Below are positions 23,224-32,811 of a stretch of DNA of 64,000 nucleotides, in pieces. The notes under the pieces are model-generated. The model was not told where the DNA came from, did not search any database, and worked only from the letters and a program-made list of their open reading frames with translations. This DNA is from an uncultured Spirochaetia bacterium (lineage in GTDB: Bacteria > Spirochaetota > Spirochaetia > CAKZLE01). The position numbers and the translations under genes are program-made. Where the stretch lies: the NCBI GenBank assembly GCA_937125225.1, contig CAKZLE010000024.1, positions 113,532 to 177,531 on the forward strand, given 5' to 3'. Every line of letters begins with the position of its first letter. Position 1 is the stretch's first letter.

Positions 23224-26200
23224 TTAGATATCGGTAGGAGTCCAATTAACGGAAAGAGAAGACTTACAATTATCATACCACTGAGTCTCATGCCATCCCT
23301 CTGGTTGAGATTCTACCATACAGTTGATCGTATTAAGATAAGAACAGTTATTGATACCATCAAGATTGATGGTTGTGACTGAAGCAGGTATGGTGAGAGT
23401 TTGTAGAGCGTTGCAGCTAGTTATAGCATTCGAAGCGATAGTCTCTAGTCCATTTGGAAGGTTTAGCGTAGTGAGATAAGAACAATTCTTGATAGAATTG
23501 GAGTTTAGACTCTTCACCTGGTCAGGTATAGTGAGCGTTCTGAGTCTATAACAATTAGTGAACAAATCGGTAGGAAGTGTTGTGAGATTAGCAGGTAAAA
23601 GAACTGAGACCAGTTGTTGATGATTCTTGAACGTAGCTGAACCCATTACAGTTGCAGAACTTGCTGAGAGGTCTATGGTAGTAAAGAGGGTCCAATTCGA
23701 AAAGAAGTTCGTGTCGAATGAAGCAACACCTGCTCCTGCAGTGACAGTCTTAAAATTATTCGCATTATAAAAAGTGTCCGTAGCAATATTTGGAAGACTC
23801 TTCTCAAAGGTGATGCTCTTCAAGGCAGAGCAGCTACCGAAACTGTAACTCTTAAACGTTTCTACCGCACTTGGGAATGTGAGAGTTGAGAGTCTTGTAC
23901 AACTATAAAAAGCCTTATTATCAATTGTCTTGAGACCATCCGAGAATTCAACAGAAACAAGATTAGTACAGGATCTGAATGCCTCATCATCGATGTAGGT
24001 GACCGAGTCAGGTATTGAGATCGAGGTGAGTCCGGTACAACTATAGAAACACCTATAAGGAATGGTCTCAAGGTCTGATGGCAGTGTGATCGATTTCAAA
24101 TGTTTTGCATTGATAAAACATGAATTTGGTAATGACTTCACACTATCTGGTATCGTGATGCTTGTCACGTTAGGCAAGGCCATGAAGGCACTTGGTGTTA
24201 TTGAGGTCAACCCATCTTCTAAAGTACATTGTTTCAATTTGGTACAATTACTGAAGGCATTGGTATCTATAGTGGGGACTTTCTTAGAGAAAGACACTTC
24301 CTCTAGGGCATTACAATATCTGAAGGCATAACTATCAATCTTTGTGATCATATCCCCGAAGGCTACTTTTTCGAGTTTGTAACAGTCATAGAAAGCATTC
24401 TCTCCGATCGTAGTAATATCTCCTGATAGATCGATTTCAGATAGAACGAATGCATTAAAGAAAGCATAGTCTCCGATAGAGGTCACTGATTCTGGGATAT
24501 TCACTGAAACGAGTTTATTGCAATCATAGAAACAGAATCTTGGAATAGTTAAAAGAGACTCAGGGAGGGTCACTGAAACGAGTTTCTTACAACCCTGGAA
24601 ACAGGAGTCAGGAAGACTCTTTACCCCTTCAGGGATCGTTACGGTCGTGAGTTCGGAGAACCTTTGAAAGAAGTTATTGGGTATAGAGGTGACTCCCTCT
24701 AAGAAGGTACAGGTAGTGAGCTTTCCACAGTAGCTAAAGGAGTAAGTTGCAACCGTGGGGATAGACTTTGAGAAGGTTATCTTCTCAAGATTAGTACAAC
24801 TTGTAAATCCATATTGTCCGATGGTAGAGATCTTCGGACCGAAGGTGACCTCTTTAAGACTAGAGCATAATTTGAATGCCTGACTACCGATATTAGTCAA
24901 CTCTTCTGGCAGGTCAATCTTAGAGAGACTAGTACACTGGTAAAAAGCAATATCTCCGATAGTCTTGATTCCATCTGGCAGATCGATCTCGGTAAGAGCA
25001 GTACAATGATAAAAAGCATAGTTACCGATTGATTTGACTGTATTTGGTAAGGTTATACTCTTTAGACTGGTACAATTATTGAAGCATGATCTCGGGATAC
25101 TTGTGAGATTGGCTGGGAGGATCACCTCTTCGAGTTTGGTAGCACCAGATAAGGCATTGGTAGGGAGGGTTTTGATGCTATCAGGAAAGACTATCTTCGT
25201 TATATTAGGGAGGTAAACTGTGAAGTTCGAGGGGAACGTGGTCATAGTAGGTGAAAGATTCACCTCTGAGAGATTATCACAAGATTTAAAAGAATAAGAC
25301 CCTAATGATGGGATATTCCCTTCAAAAGAGATGTCTTTGAGTGCAATACAGCCCTCGAAAACATAGGTGGAGATGGCTGTGACAGAGGCTGGGATCGTAA
25401 TGGATGTAAGTTTTTTACAATTTGAGAAAGAGGATCTTGGTAGTGTTCTGATCCCGCTAGGGATCGTTATTGTCTCGAGATATGAAGCATTAGCAAATGC
25501 ATAGTCAGGAAATGATGTTAAGCTTTCTGGGAGGATGATCTTCTTCAGTTTGGAGAATCTAGTGAAGAAACTCTGACTAAAGTTGGTGATTCCCTCTTTC
25601 AGTTCGACCTCTGTGATTCCTGTACTAATGAAGGCATTACTGTCTATTGTAGGAGCTGAGCCTTTTTTAGAGAATGAGACTTTCTCAAGGTTGGTACAGT
25701 TTGAGAATGCATAAGTGATTACCCGACTGAGCCCTATAGGAAAGTCCAGGGTCGTCAACCCTGTACAACTCGTGAAAGCATAACGATAGATATATTGTAA
25801 TTTATCTGGGAAAGTGACTTCTGTGAGTTTAGCATCTTTATAGAATGCATATTCTCCAATGGAGTAGAGATTTGCTGGTAAGGTGAGCTCGGCAAGTGAA
25901 GTACAATTCATAAAAGCACGGTCTTCAATCAGAGTAACGCTATCAGGGATCTTGACGCTGGTGATAGGTTTCCCAGAGAAGGCTGATTGCCCTATGACCA
26001 TTACACTCCTTGATCCTATGGTATCAGGGATGATGAGCTCGGTATCAGGACCATTATATCCTGTTATCTTGACACCAACGCTGTAGTTGGTCGTAGTGAA
26101 GTAGGAGGAATCTGTCGGTGCCTCTTCCCAGTGAGCGATGAGACTCAAGTCTGCTGTTATCGGAGTAAGTGAATTCCAGGAAGTAGTCTCTCCCTCAAGG

Positions 26201-27636
26201 AACCAGCCGGTGAAGGAAAAACGTGCACGTGTAGGAGTCGTTGGAAGGACGATAGTTCTTCCAGAACCGATAGTCTGTGCTGCTACTACTGATCCTCCTG
26301 TTGTATCGAAGGTTACCGTAAAGGCTGTAAGCCATCGAGCGGTTAGGCTCACAGCAGAGGTCACTGCTGTAGAGAAATCGTAAGTGGTCTCAGCACTACC
26401 GACATACCAACTGTCAAATACATAGCCATCACGAGTAGGCTCTTCAGGGATTGAAACAGTAGTATTCTCTCTGACTGTCTGGGGTGATACTGTAGAACCA
26501 CCCTGTGAGTCAAAGCTGATCGCAAATTCCTGATACCAGTGAGCCGAGAGGGTCATAGCAGAGGTCACTGCTGTAGAGAAATCGTAAGTGGTCTCAGCAC
26601 TACCAAGATACCAACCATCGAAAAGATATCCTTCACGTGTAGGTTCTTCTGGGCTTGAAACGGTATTTTCCCCTCGTATGGTCTGGGATGAGACTGGAGA
26701 ACCACCTTGTGAGTCAAAGTTGATCGTGTATTCCTGGTACCAATGAGCGGTTAGACTCAGATTGGAGGTCACTGCTGTAGAGAATTCGTAGGCTGTATCA
26801 GCGCTACCAAGATACCATCCTTCGAAGATGCTTCCGTTCTTGGTAGGGGCTGCCGGAGCCACTGCCGATTCTCCGATGAGGATAGATTGCGAGGAGACCT
26901 CAGATCCCCCCTGGCTATTGAAGGTTACCGTATATTCAGAGATCCAGTGAGCGGTTAGACTCAGGTTGGAGGTCACTGCTGTAGAGAAGTCGTAGGCTGA
27001 ATCAGCACTTCCAAGATACCAACCGTCAAATACATAGCCATCACGAGTAGGCTCTTCAGGAGTTTCACCTTGACCCTCTGCGAGGACTGTCTGGGTTGGG
27101 ATAGTCCCTGCTCCCTGACTGTCGAAGGTGATGGTGTATTCTGGGATCCAGAAGGCGGTGAGTGTGATACTTGTATCTATCGGGGTAGAGAACTCATAGG
27201 GAGTAGAGCTGCTATGAAGATACCAATGTGAGAATTGAAACCCGCTCTTTGTAGGTTCTAGGGGTTCTTCTGCTGTCTCTCCTTCTACGATACCCTGTGC
27301 ATTGACAGGATTGCCACCGACACTGTTGAAGGTTACCGTGTGTTCAGAGGTCCAATGAGCACTGAGTGTCAGGTCTGAAGTGATGTAGGAGTCGAAGTCC
27401 CAGGGAGTTTCTGAGTACTCTTCATACCAGCCACCAAAGAAGAAACCTTCTCTTGAAGGATCAGTAGGTTCAGTAAGTATGCTGTTGAGGGGGGCGTTCT
27501 GTATCTGATAAACTTCTCCTTCTGTGGAGATGAATACTACTATGAAGGACTCCTGTCCCATAGGACATCCGGATAGGATCAAGATGGAGATCATAATAAG
27601 TGTTAAGATACCAACAATACTCTTCGTTCGGTTCAT
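23224..27636 (-). CDS. Giant surface lipoprotein: 7 Listeria-Bacteroides (InlB B-type) repeats plus a long array of BspA-type leucine-rich repeats
   Basis: Lipobox LILSGC. There are seven ~68-aa units with the signature F.GWY....Y.FST.V.S...L.AHW. These are followed by many ~23-aa LRR units (IP.SVT.IG..AF..C..L..I). The ATG at 27636 has AAGGA 8 nt upstream and is preferred over 27645. Confidence 0.85.
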   Translation of the reverse strand: MNRTKSIVGILTLIMISILILSGCPMGQESFIVVFISTEGEVYQIQNAPLNSILTEPTDPSREGFFFGGWYEEYSETPWDFDSYITSDLTLSAHWTSEHTVTFNSVGGNPVNAQGIVEGETAEEPLEPTKSGFQFSHWYLHSSSTPYEFSTPIDTSITLTAFWIPEYTITFDSQGAGTIPTQTVLAEGQGETPEEPTRDGYVFDGWYLGSADSAYDFSTAVTSNLSLTAHWISEYTVTFNSQGGSEVSSQSILIGESAVAPAAPTKNGSIFEGWYLGSADTAYEFSTAVTSNLSLTAHWYQEYTINFDSQGGSPVSSQTIRGENTVSSPEEPTREGYLFDGWYLGSAETTYDFSTAVTSAMTLSAHWYQEFAISFDSQGGSTVSPQTVRENTTVSIPEEPTRDGYVFDSWYVGSAETTYDFSTAVTSAVSLTARWLTAFTVTFDTTGGSVVAAQTIGSGRTIVLPTTPTRARFSFTGWFLEGETTSWNSLTPITADLSLIAHWEEAPTDSSYFTTTNYSVGVKITGYNGPDTELIIPDTIGSRSVMVIGQSAFSGKPITSVKIPDSVTLIEDRAFMNCTSLAELTLPANLYSIGEYAFYKDAKLTEVTFPDKLQYIYRYAFTSCTGLTTLDFPIGLSRVITYAFSNCTNLEKVSFSKKGSAPTIDSNAFISTGITEVELKEGITNFSQSFFTRFSKLKKIILPESLTSFPDYAFANASYLETITIPSGIRTLPRSSFSNCKKLTSITIPASVTAISTYVFEGCIALKDISFEGNIPSLGSYSFKSCDNLSEVNLSPTMTTFPSNFTVYLPNITKIVFPDSIKTLPTNALSGATKLEEVILPANLTSIPRSCFNNCTSLKSITLPNTVKSIGNYAFYHCTALTEIDLPDGIKTIGDIAFYQCTSLSKIDLPEELTNIGSQAFKLCSSLKEVTFGPKISTIGQYGFTSCTNLEKITFSKSIPTVATYSFSYCGKLTTCTFLEGVTSIPNNFFQRFSELTTVTIPEGVKSLPDSCFQGCKKLVSVTLPESLLTIPRFCFYDCNKLVSVNIPESVTSIGDYAFFNAFVLSEIDLSGDITTIGENAFYDCYKLEKVAFGDMITKIDSYAFRYCNALEEVSFSKKVPTIDTNAFSNCTKLKQCTLEDGLTSITPSAFMALPNVTSITIPDSVKSLPNSCFINAKHLKSITLPSDLETIPYRCFYSCTGLTSISIPDSVTYIDDEAFRSCTNLVSVEFSDGLKTIDNKAFYSCTRLSTLTFPSAVETFKSYSFGSCSALKSITFEKSLPNIATDTFYNANNFKTVTAGAGVASFDTNFFSNWTLFTTIDLSASSATVMGSATFKNHQQLVSVLLPANLTTLPTDLFTNCYRLRTLTIPDQVKSLNSNSIKNCSYLTTLNLPNGLETIASNAITSCNALQTLTIPASVTTINLDGINNCSYLNTINCMVESQPEGWHETQWYDNCKSSLSVNWTPTDI
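26110..27546 (-). repeat. In-frame tandem coding repeats (~204 nt unit, 7 copies) encoding the List-Bact domains
   Basis: An identical 48-nt block occurs at 26353-26400 and 26557-26604, exactly 204 nt apart. The neighbouring units are clearly related at the nucleotide level. Confidence 0.8.
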
Positions 27637-27680
27637 ACAATACATCCTTTAGATTATGGTTTGCTACTTTAGTGGGTGGT

Positions 27681-27816
27681 TAACTTGTATTGATGAACTT
27701 GTATGTATGAACTTTGTATGAATGAACTTTGTATGAATGAACTTTGTATGAATGAACTTTGTATGTATGAACTTTGTATGTATGAACTTTGTATGTATGA
27801 ACTTTGTATGTATGAA
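27681..27816. repeat. 15-bp tandem repeat array (about 9 units) in the upstream region of the giant surface-protein gene
   Basis: Two degenerate 14-bp units (TAACTTGTATTGAT, GAACTTGTATGTAT), then GAACTTTGTATGAAT x3, then GAACTTTGTATGTAT x4, then a partial GAA. The array lies 45-180 nt upstream of the ATG at 27636. Confidence 0.9.
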
Positions 27817-28068
27817 AGACTTTATTGTTTTATCTAGCATAGACTGTTTCTGAGCACATGTCCATAAAAAAATTACACCTTGTAACTTTTAGTATACTAC
27901 CTATTCTGAAATAGGGTTATAGAGGTCCTAATCCCCATACTTAACTTTTTTCAGGGATATGAAATATGCTCTAGTAGGGCAACTCCTTTATGATACTCTC
28001 GATAAAGACTGAAGTCGTAGGTCTACAATACCTTATCCCCCCTATAAGAAATTGTCTCAGTAAAGCTA

Positions 28069-28113
28069 GAAAAAGGGTGTTGCAGGAGGTATTCTCGATT
28101 TCTCTGCAACACC
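28069..28113 (-). terminator. Rho-independent terminator after the sulfatase gene
   Basis: GGGTGTTGCAG (28074-28084) pairs with CTGCAACACCC (28103-28113). On the minus strand it is followed by TTTTT (28069-28073). Confidence 0.65.
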
Positions 28114-28133
28114 CTATCTTTGTAGTTTCTTAT

Positions 28134-29660
28134 CTACTCAGTAGTGTTCGGTAGTGCTTCACTGATGAAACCTTTACCAGATGGAACGATGAAGTCAGTC
28201 ACATCCCGAGAGAAGGCGAACTGGTGGAGTCGTCCTAAGGGACGGGCGACGAATCGATAACTGACCATGGAATGGTTCTCGACCATACAGGCTATATCAG
28301 GATTAATTTCACATTTCTCAACCGCTTTGGATCTGAGAAGAGCTGCAATATCTTCACATTCATTGATGAGGTTATGCATCTCTGTAGGATCGGCAGCTAG
28401 GTCGAAGAGCTGTTCTCGAGCACCGTTTGCCATATAGATATATTTCCAGTTCTCGTATCTGACCATCAGTTTGAACTGTCGTGTCTTTGGTCTCCCATAG
28501 AAGGTGTAGAGGAAATCTCGACTCTCTTCGAGGATATCGATCCCATCACGAACATCGAGACATCCTGCGAGCTTTGTCGCCATCCCGAATAGGTCTGTCA
28601 GATTGACAAGATCTGCACTCCTGCTGTTCTTCTCGATCATCGGAGGGTAACTGACGAGGAATGGTACCTTCACTGATGGCTCATAGAAGGTCTCTTTCTG
28701 CCAACCATTATGGTCTCCGAGCATATCTCCATGGTCTGCATAGAAGCAGATCATAGTCTGTTCTGCATCATCTCTACTCTCGACTTCGTCAAGGATCCGT
28801 CCGATACAGGAGTCGATATAGGATATCTCCCCGTAGTAACGGGTCTTGAGATTCCTTGCCCAGGTGTCGTTGATATCATCTGCATAGATGATGTAATTCA
28901 TCCAGGGAATCTGCTCATCATAATGATCAGCCTCGCTATCCCCTCTGAGAGGATTGGTCATCCCATCAGGATCATACATCCTGTTGTAGGGGATCGGCGG
29001 TGCACAGGGAGGATGTGGACCAATGAAGGAGACAAACCCGTAATAGGGTCTCTCATCATCCGCTTGTAACTGTTCGATCGCTTTGTCTGCGACAAAACTC
29101 TCTACTGTCAGTTCGGCTGGGAGAGAACTCAGCTGTGGGGCATAGTACATGTTGGTACGTTCCCCATGAAGCTGTTCGAGATAGTTGTACTCAGGATGTT
29201 CATTCTCGATGAACTGTTGAAACCCGTCTTTGTTCCTGAGCTCTGCATCTGCCCACATCTCCTCAGTGTGGATATGGACATTATAGCCGAGTTCCTCATA
29301 GGAGTCTGGACAGGTATGGAACTTACCGATCCCGAAGGTCCGGTAACCAGCTTCGCTGAGGGTCCTTGCCAGATACCCTCCGCTCCAGTCTTCGATAGAC
29401 TTTCCTGTCGTTCCCTGTGGAGCGATCGGCTCCTCGTTACAATAACAACCGGTGCTGTAGGAGTCCCTACCTGTCCTGATACTGTATCGTGCCGGAATAC
29501 AGACAGGGCAGGGGGAATAGGCATTAGAGTAGCTGACTCCCCTAGCTACGAGCCTATCTAAGTTGGGAGTCTTGATCGTGGGGTTACCAAGAGCAGAGAT
29601 ACAATCGAAACGGAACTGATCACACATGATGTGTAGTATGTTGGGTCTTTTCTTATCCAT
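28134..29660 (-). CDS. Sulfatase (formylglycine-dependent, Cys-type)
   Basis: NILHIMCDQFRFD and the C-x-P-x-R signature CIPARYSIRTG. 508 aa and no signal peptide is evident. Confidence 0.9.
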   Translation of the reverse strand: MDKKRPNILHIMCDQFRFDCISALGNPTIKTPNLDRLVARGVSYSNAYSPCPVCIPARYSIRTGRDSYSTGCYCNEEPIAPQGTTGKSIEDWSGGYLARTLSEAGYRTFGIGKFHTCPDSYEELGYNVHIHTEEMWADAELRNKDGFQQFIENEHPEYNYLEQLHGERTNMYYAPQLSSLPAELTVESFVADKAIEQLQADDERPYYGFVSFIGPHPPCAPPIPYNRMYDPDGMTNPLRGDSEADHYDEQIPWMNYIIYADDINDTWARNLKTRYYGEISYIDSCIGRILDEVESRDDAEQTMICFYADHGDMLGDHNGWQKETFYEPSVKVPFLVSYPPMIEKNSRSADLVNLTDLFGMATKLAGCLDVRDGIDILEESRDFLYTFYGRPKTRQFKLMVRYENWKYIYMANGAREQLFDLAADPTEMHNLINECEDIAALLRSKAVEKCEINPDIACMVENHSMVSYRFVARPLGRLHQFAFSRDVTDFIVPSGKGFISEALPNTTE

Positions 29661-29663
29661 GAT

Positions 29664-30404
29664 CTACCACCACTTGATGAGATCGGTGACTTGGTTACGA
29701 AGATCGACGAAATCCTTACTTGCCACATTACGTGGTCGTGGGAGTCCATTGATCAGTTCGGTCTTCACCTGTGTCGGTTTATTGGTCATGACAAGGATCC
29801 TGTCACTCAGGTAGACTGCCTCTTCGATATTATGGGTGATGAAGATGACCGTCGTTCCAGTCTTCTGCCAGAGACTGAGTAGTTCATCTTCCAGTTTGTA
29901 CTTGAGATTCAGGTCTAACTGACCGTAGGGTTCATCCATCAGCAGGAGGTCCGGCTTGGTAGCGAAGGCCCTTGCGATGACGACTCTCTGCAGCATACTA
30001 GCTGAGAGTTCACTCGGGTAGTAGTTACGGTACTTCTCAAGATTCACCATCGAAATAGCCTCTTCGACTCTCTCCGCGACAAGTTCCTTGTTGAAGCCTT
30101 TGATCTTGAGACCATAGGCGATGTTCTGTTCTACATTCAACCAAGGGAGTGCTGAGTATTCCTGGAGGATATAGGCGAGGTTCTGTTTTCCCGGATCTAC
30201 ATCGACCCCATCAAGCAGGATAGAACCGCTGTCGATATCGAGGATCTTGGTAAGACTGTTGAGGAAGGTGGTCTTCCCACAGCCGGTAGGTCCTACGATG
30301 ACGAGGAACTCTCCCTCTGCTACGTTGAAGGATATCTTATCGAGGACGAGAAGGTCCCCGAAACTCTTCGTCAGGTCGGTGACGAGTACTTTTTCCCTAT
30401 TCAT
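29664..30404 (-). CDS. ABC transporter ATP-binding protein (NitT/TauT-like)
   Basis: Walker A GPTGCGKTT, signature LSASMLQR, Walker B LLLMDEP. Confidence 0.9.
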   Translation of the reverse strand: MNREKVLVTDLTKSFGDLLVLDKISFNVAEGEFLVIVGPTGCGKTTFLNSLTKILDIDSGSILLDGVDVDPGKQNLAYILQEYSALPWLNVEQNIAYGLKIKGFNKELVAERVEEAISMVNLEKYRNYYPSELSASMLQRVVIARAFATKPDLLLMDEPYGQLDLNLKYKLEDELLSLWQKTGTTVIFITHNIEEAVYLSDRILVMTNKPTQVKTELINGLPRPRNVASKDFVDLRNQVTDLIKWW

Positions 30405-31197
30405 TGTCTGCTCCCTCCCTCAGGTCCACTAGTGAGCTTATCTCTTCTCTCAGACTGAGGAATTCAGGTGATACGAGATCTCTCGGTCTTGGCAGGTCTA
30501 TAGTGTATTCCTTGAGTACCTTTGCAGGACACTCAGTGAGGATGATGATCCTGTCTGCAAGATAGAGAGCCTCTTCGATATTGTTGGTGACAAAGACGAT
30601 CGTCCTCTTCTCCCTGTCCCATATCTTCTCGACCTCTTCTTCCATCATGTATCGAGTCTGTGCATCAAGGTGTCCAAAAGGCTCATCCATGAGGATGATC
30701 TTCGGGTCATTACAGTAGGCTCTTGCGATACCGACTCTCTGACACATACCACCAGAAAGCATTGAGGGAAAGTGTTTCTCGAACCCTTTCAGACCGACAA
30801 GATCGATATAGTATTGGGCCTGTTTCTGTCGTTCTTTTTTCGAGACACCTCGAGCTTTCGGACCGAACTCCACATTCCCCATCACTGATAACCAGGGGAA
30901 AAGGGCTGTGGTCTGATAGACCATCCCGATCCCGGGGTCAAAGCCTTTCATCTCCTTGCCACCAAGGAGGATCTTCCCCTCAGTCTTATTCTCAAGTCCT
31001 GCGAGCATCTTGAGTAGGGTCGTCTTTCCACATTGCCCTGCACCGAAGAGTACGAGGAATTCGTTCTCTCGGATCTCCATATCTATCTTATCGATGACTC
31101 TTGCCTCTCCGTCTTCGACGAGAAAGGTCTTTGATATGTTCTCCAGCTTGATTATGGTCTCTTCTTTTACTATCTGCTTCGTACTGACCATCTGCAT
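30397..31197 (-). CDS. ABC transporter ATP-binding protein (second ATPase)
   Basis: Walker A GAGQCGKTT, signature LSGGMCQR, Walker B IILMDEP. It overlaps the downstream ATPase gene by 8 nt. Confidence 0.9.
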   Translation of the reverse strand: MQMVSTKQIVKEETIIKLENISKTFLVEDGEARVIDKIDMEIRENEFLVLFGAGQCGKTTLLKMLAGLENKTEGKILLGGKEMKGFDPGIGMVYQTTALFPWLSVMGNVEFGPKARGVSKKERQKQAQYYIDLVGLKGFEKHFPSMLSGGMCQRVGIARAYCNDPKIILMDEPFGHLDAQTRYMMEEEVEKIWDREKRTIVFVTNNIEEALYLADRIIILTECPAKVLKEYTIDLPRPRDLVSPEFLSLREEISSLVDLREGADNE

Positions 31198-31961
31198 AAT
31201 CTCCTTTCAGAATTTCGTAAGAGTGTAGCAAGAACGAGTCCTACTGCTCCTATCGATATCATCCCTATGACATTGTTCTCGATCTTACCCGTCTGCATAC
31301 CTGCAATGATCAACCATCCTGCACCCTCTCGTGCCGTGATCATCTCAGCTGCGAGGACAGCCATCCAACTCGTTGAGAGGGAGGTCTGTAATCCAGTGAA
31401 GATATAGGGGATAGAGGAGGGAAGAACGATCTTCCTGAAGATCTGGCTCTCTTTCGCTCCAAGTACCTTTGCAACTCCGACAAGTTCCATGTCTATATGC
31501 TGCGCTCCATCCATGGTGTTCATGACCATCTGAGAGAATCCTCCCATGAAGATGATGAAGTGGATAGTTGGCTCTCCAATACCGATCCAGAGGATCGCTA
31601 GCGGGATCCATGCAATACCCGGTATAGGTCGGATGATAGAGAAGATCGGGTAGATGATCGCATGAGCGAGTTTCGAGTAACCCATCAGCAGACCGATGAT
31701 GATCCCTGATATTGAAGAGAGGGTATACCCGATCAATACTCTTCTCAGACTAATCGAAATATGACCGAGCAAAGTATATCGCCCGATAGGTTCGATGAAG
31801 GCATGGAAGAAGGCACTCAATGAGACTCCTGGAGTAGGGAATATCCTACCGAAGTCTGTGAAGATACAGGCTGCCTGCCATACGAGCAGGAATACGAGGA
31901 GTCCCATGATCCCATAGAACCAGGTCTCTCGTGAATCTTTTGAGAATAGGGTCTTCGTCAT
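31170..31961 (-). CDS. ABC transporter permease
   Basis: Multi-TM protein of the BPD-transport type. Its ATG overlaps the stop of the upstream permease (ATGA). Confidence 0.85.
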   Translation of the reverse strand: MTKTLFSKDSRETWFYGIMGLLVFLLVWQAACIFTDFGRIFPTPGVSLSAFFHAFIEPIGRYTLLGHISISLRRVLIGYTLSSISGIIIGLLMGYSKLAHAIIYPIFSIIRPIPGIAWIPLAILWIGIGEPTIHFIIFMGGFSQMVMNTMDGAQHIDMELVGVAKVLGAKESQIFRKIVLPSSIPYIFTGLQTSLSTSWMAVLAAEMITAREGAGWLIIAGMQTGKIENNVIGMISIGAVGLVLATLLRNSERRLCRWSVRSR

Positions 31962-32791
31962 GATCTTCTCCCTCCCTTAACGAATCTTCTTTCCAGGAGG
32001 CTCAAGGCCTCCATCATGATCGCTCCAAAGACTCCGATCACCAAGACACCGACGAACACTACGTCGATCCTTCCTACGAGTCTTGCTGTCTGGATCATAT
32101 AGCCGAGCCCCTTAGTCGAAGCTATGAGCTCTGCAGCAACGAGTGATACCCAGGAACCGTTCAAAGCTACTCGAGCTCCGGTGAAGATCATAGGTCCTGC
32201 AGAAGGAATGGCTACGGTGAATAGTACCTGTCGATCTGAGGCTCCGAAGGTCTGTGCGACCCACTTGTGTACATCTCTTGTCTGCTTGATCCCGCTGTAG
32301 GAGTTGATCACAGCCGGGATGAAGGAGGCAATGAAGATGACCGATACCTTTGACATGATTCCGATCCCGAAGAAGGTGATCATGATAGGTACCCAACCAA
32401 CTGGTGGGATAGGTTTGATCAGGTCGAACAAGGGACTGAAGAACTTATCGAACTTCTTGAACCATGCCATACTGATTCCTAGTGGTACACCGATGACGAT
32501 ACCGAAGAAGAATCCTATGAGAGCCTCTTTGAGGCTGGTCAGGATATGGATACCCAGGGTATTCCCATCTGGATTCTTGTTGAAGATCTTGTAGATGAAG
32601 GTCTCGAACAGTTTGCTTGGAGCCGGTAACTTCTTCGCTGATATGAGCCCTGACTTCGAGACTAGATCCCAGATGACCAGGAACAGTACGAAGGAGATGA
32701 TCGAAATCACTATATATTTTGTTTTCTCTTTCACTTGTGTTTTCCTAATAAAAATGGCAGTCAATATGTGTTTGTTCTCATTGACTGCCAC
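31958..32791 (-). CDS. ABC transporter permease (second)
   Basis: Multi-TM paralog of the adjacent permease. Confidence 0.85.
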   Translation of the reverse strand: MAVNENKHILTAIFIRKTQVKEKTKYIVISIISFVLFLVIWDLVSKSGLISAKKLPAPSKLFETFIYKIFNKNPDGNTLGIHILTSLKEALIGFFFGIVIGVPLGISMAWFKKFDKFFSPLFDLIKPIPPVGWVPIMITFFGIGIMSKVSVIFIASFIPAVINSYSGIKQTRDVHKWVAQTFGASDRQVLFTVAIPSAGPMIFTGARVALNGSWVSLVAAELIASTKGLGYMIQTARLVGRIDVVFVGVLVIGVFGAIMMEALSLLERRFVKGGRRS

Positions 32792-32811
32792 GTTGATTAA
32801 CTTTTCTTCGA

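Noticed and set aside
27681-27816. A CRISPR array
   Set aside because: The units are 15 bp and directly abutting, with no unique spacers. No cas genes are in the window. It is a simple tandem repeat.
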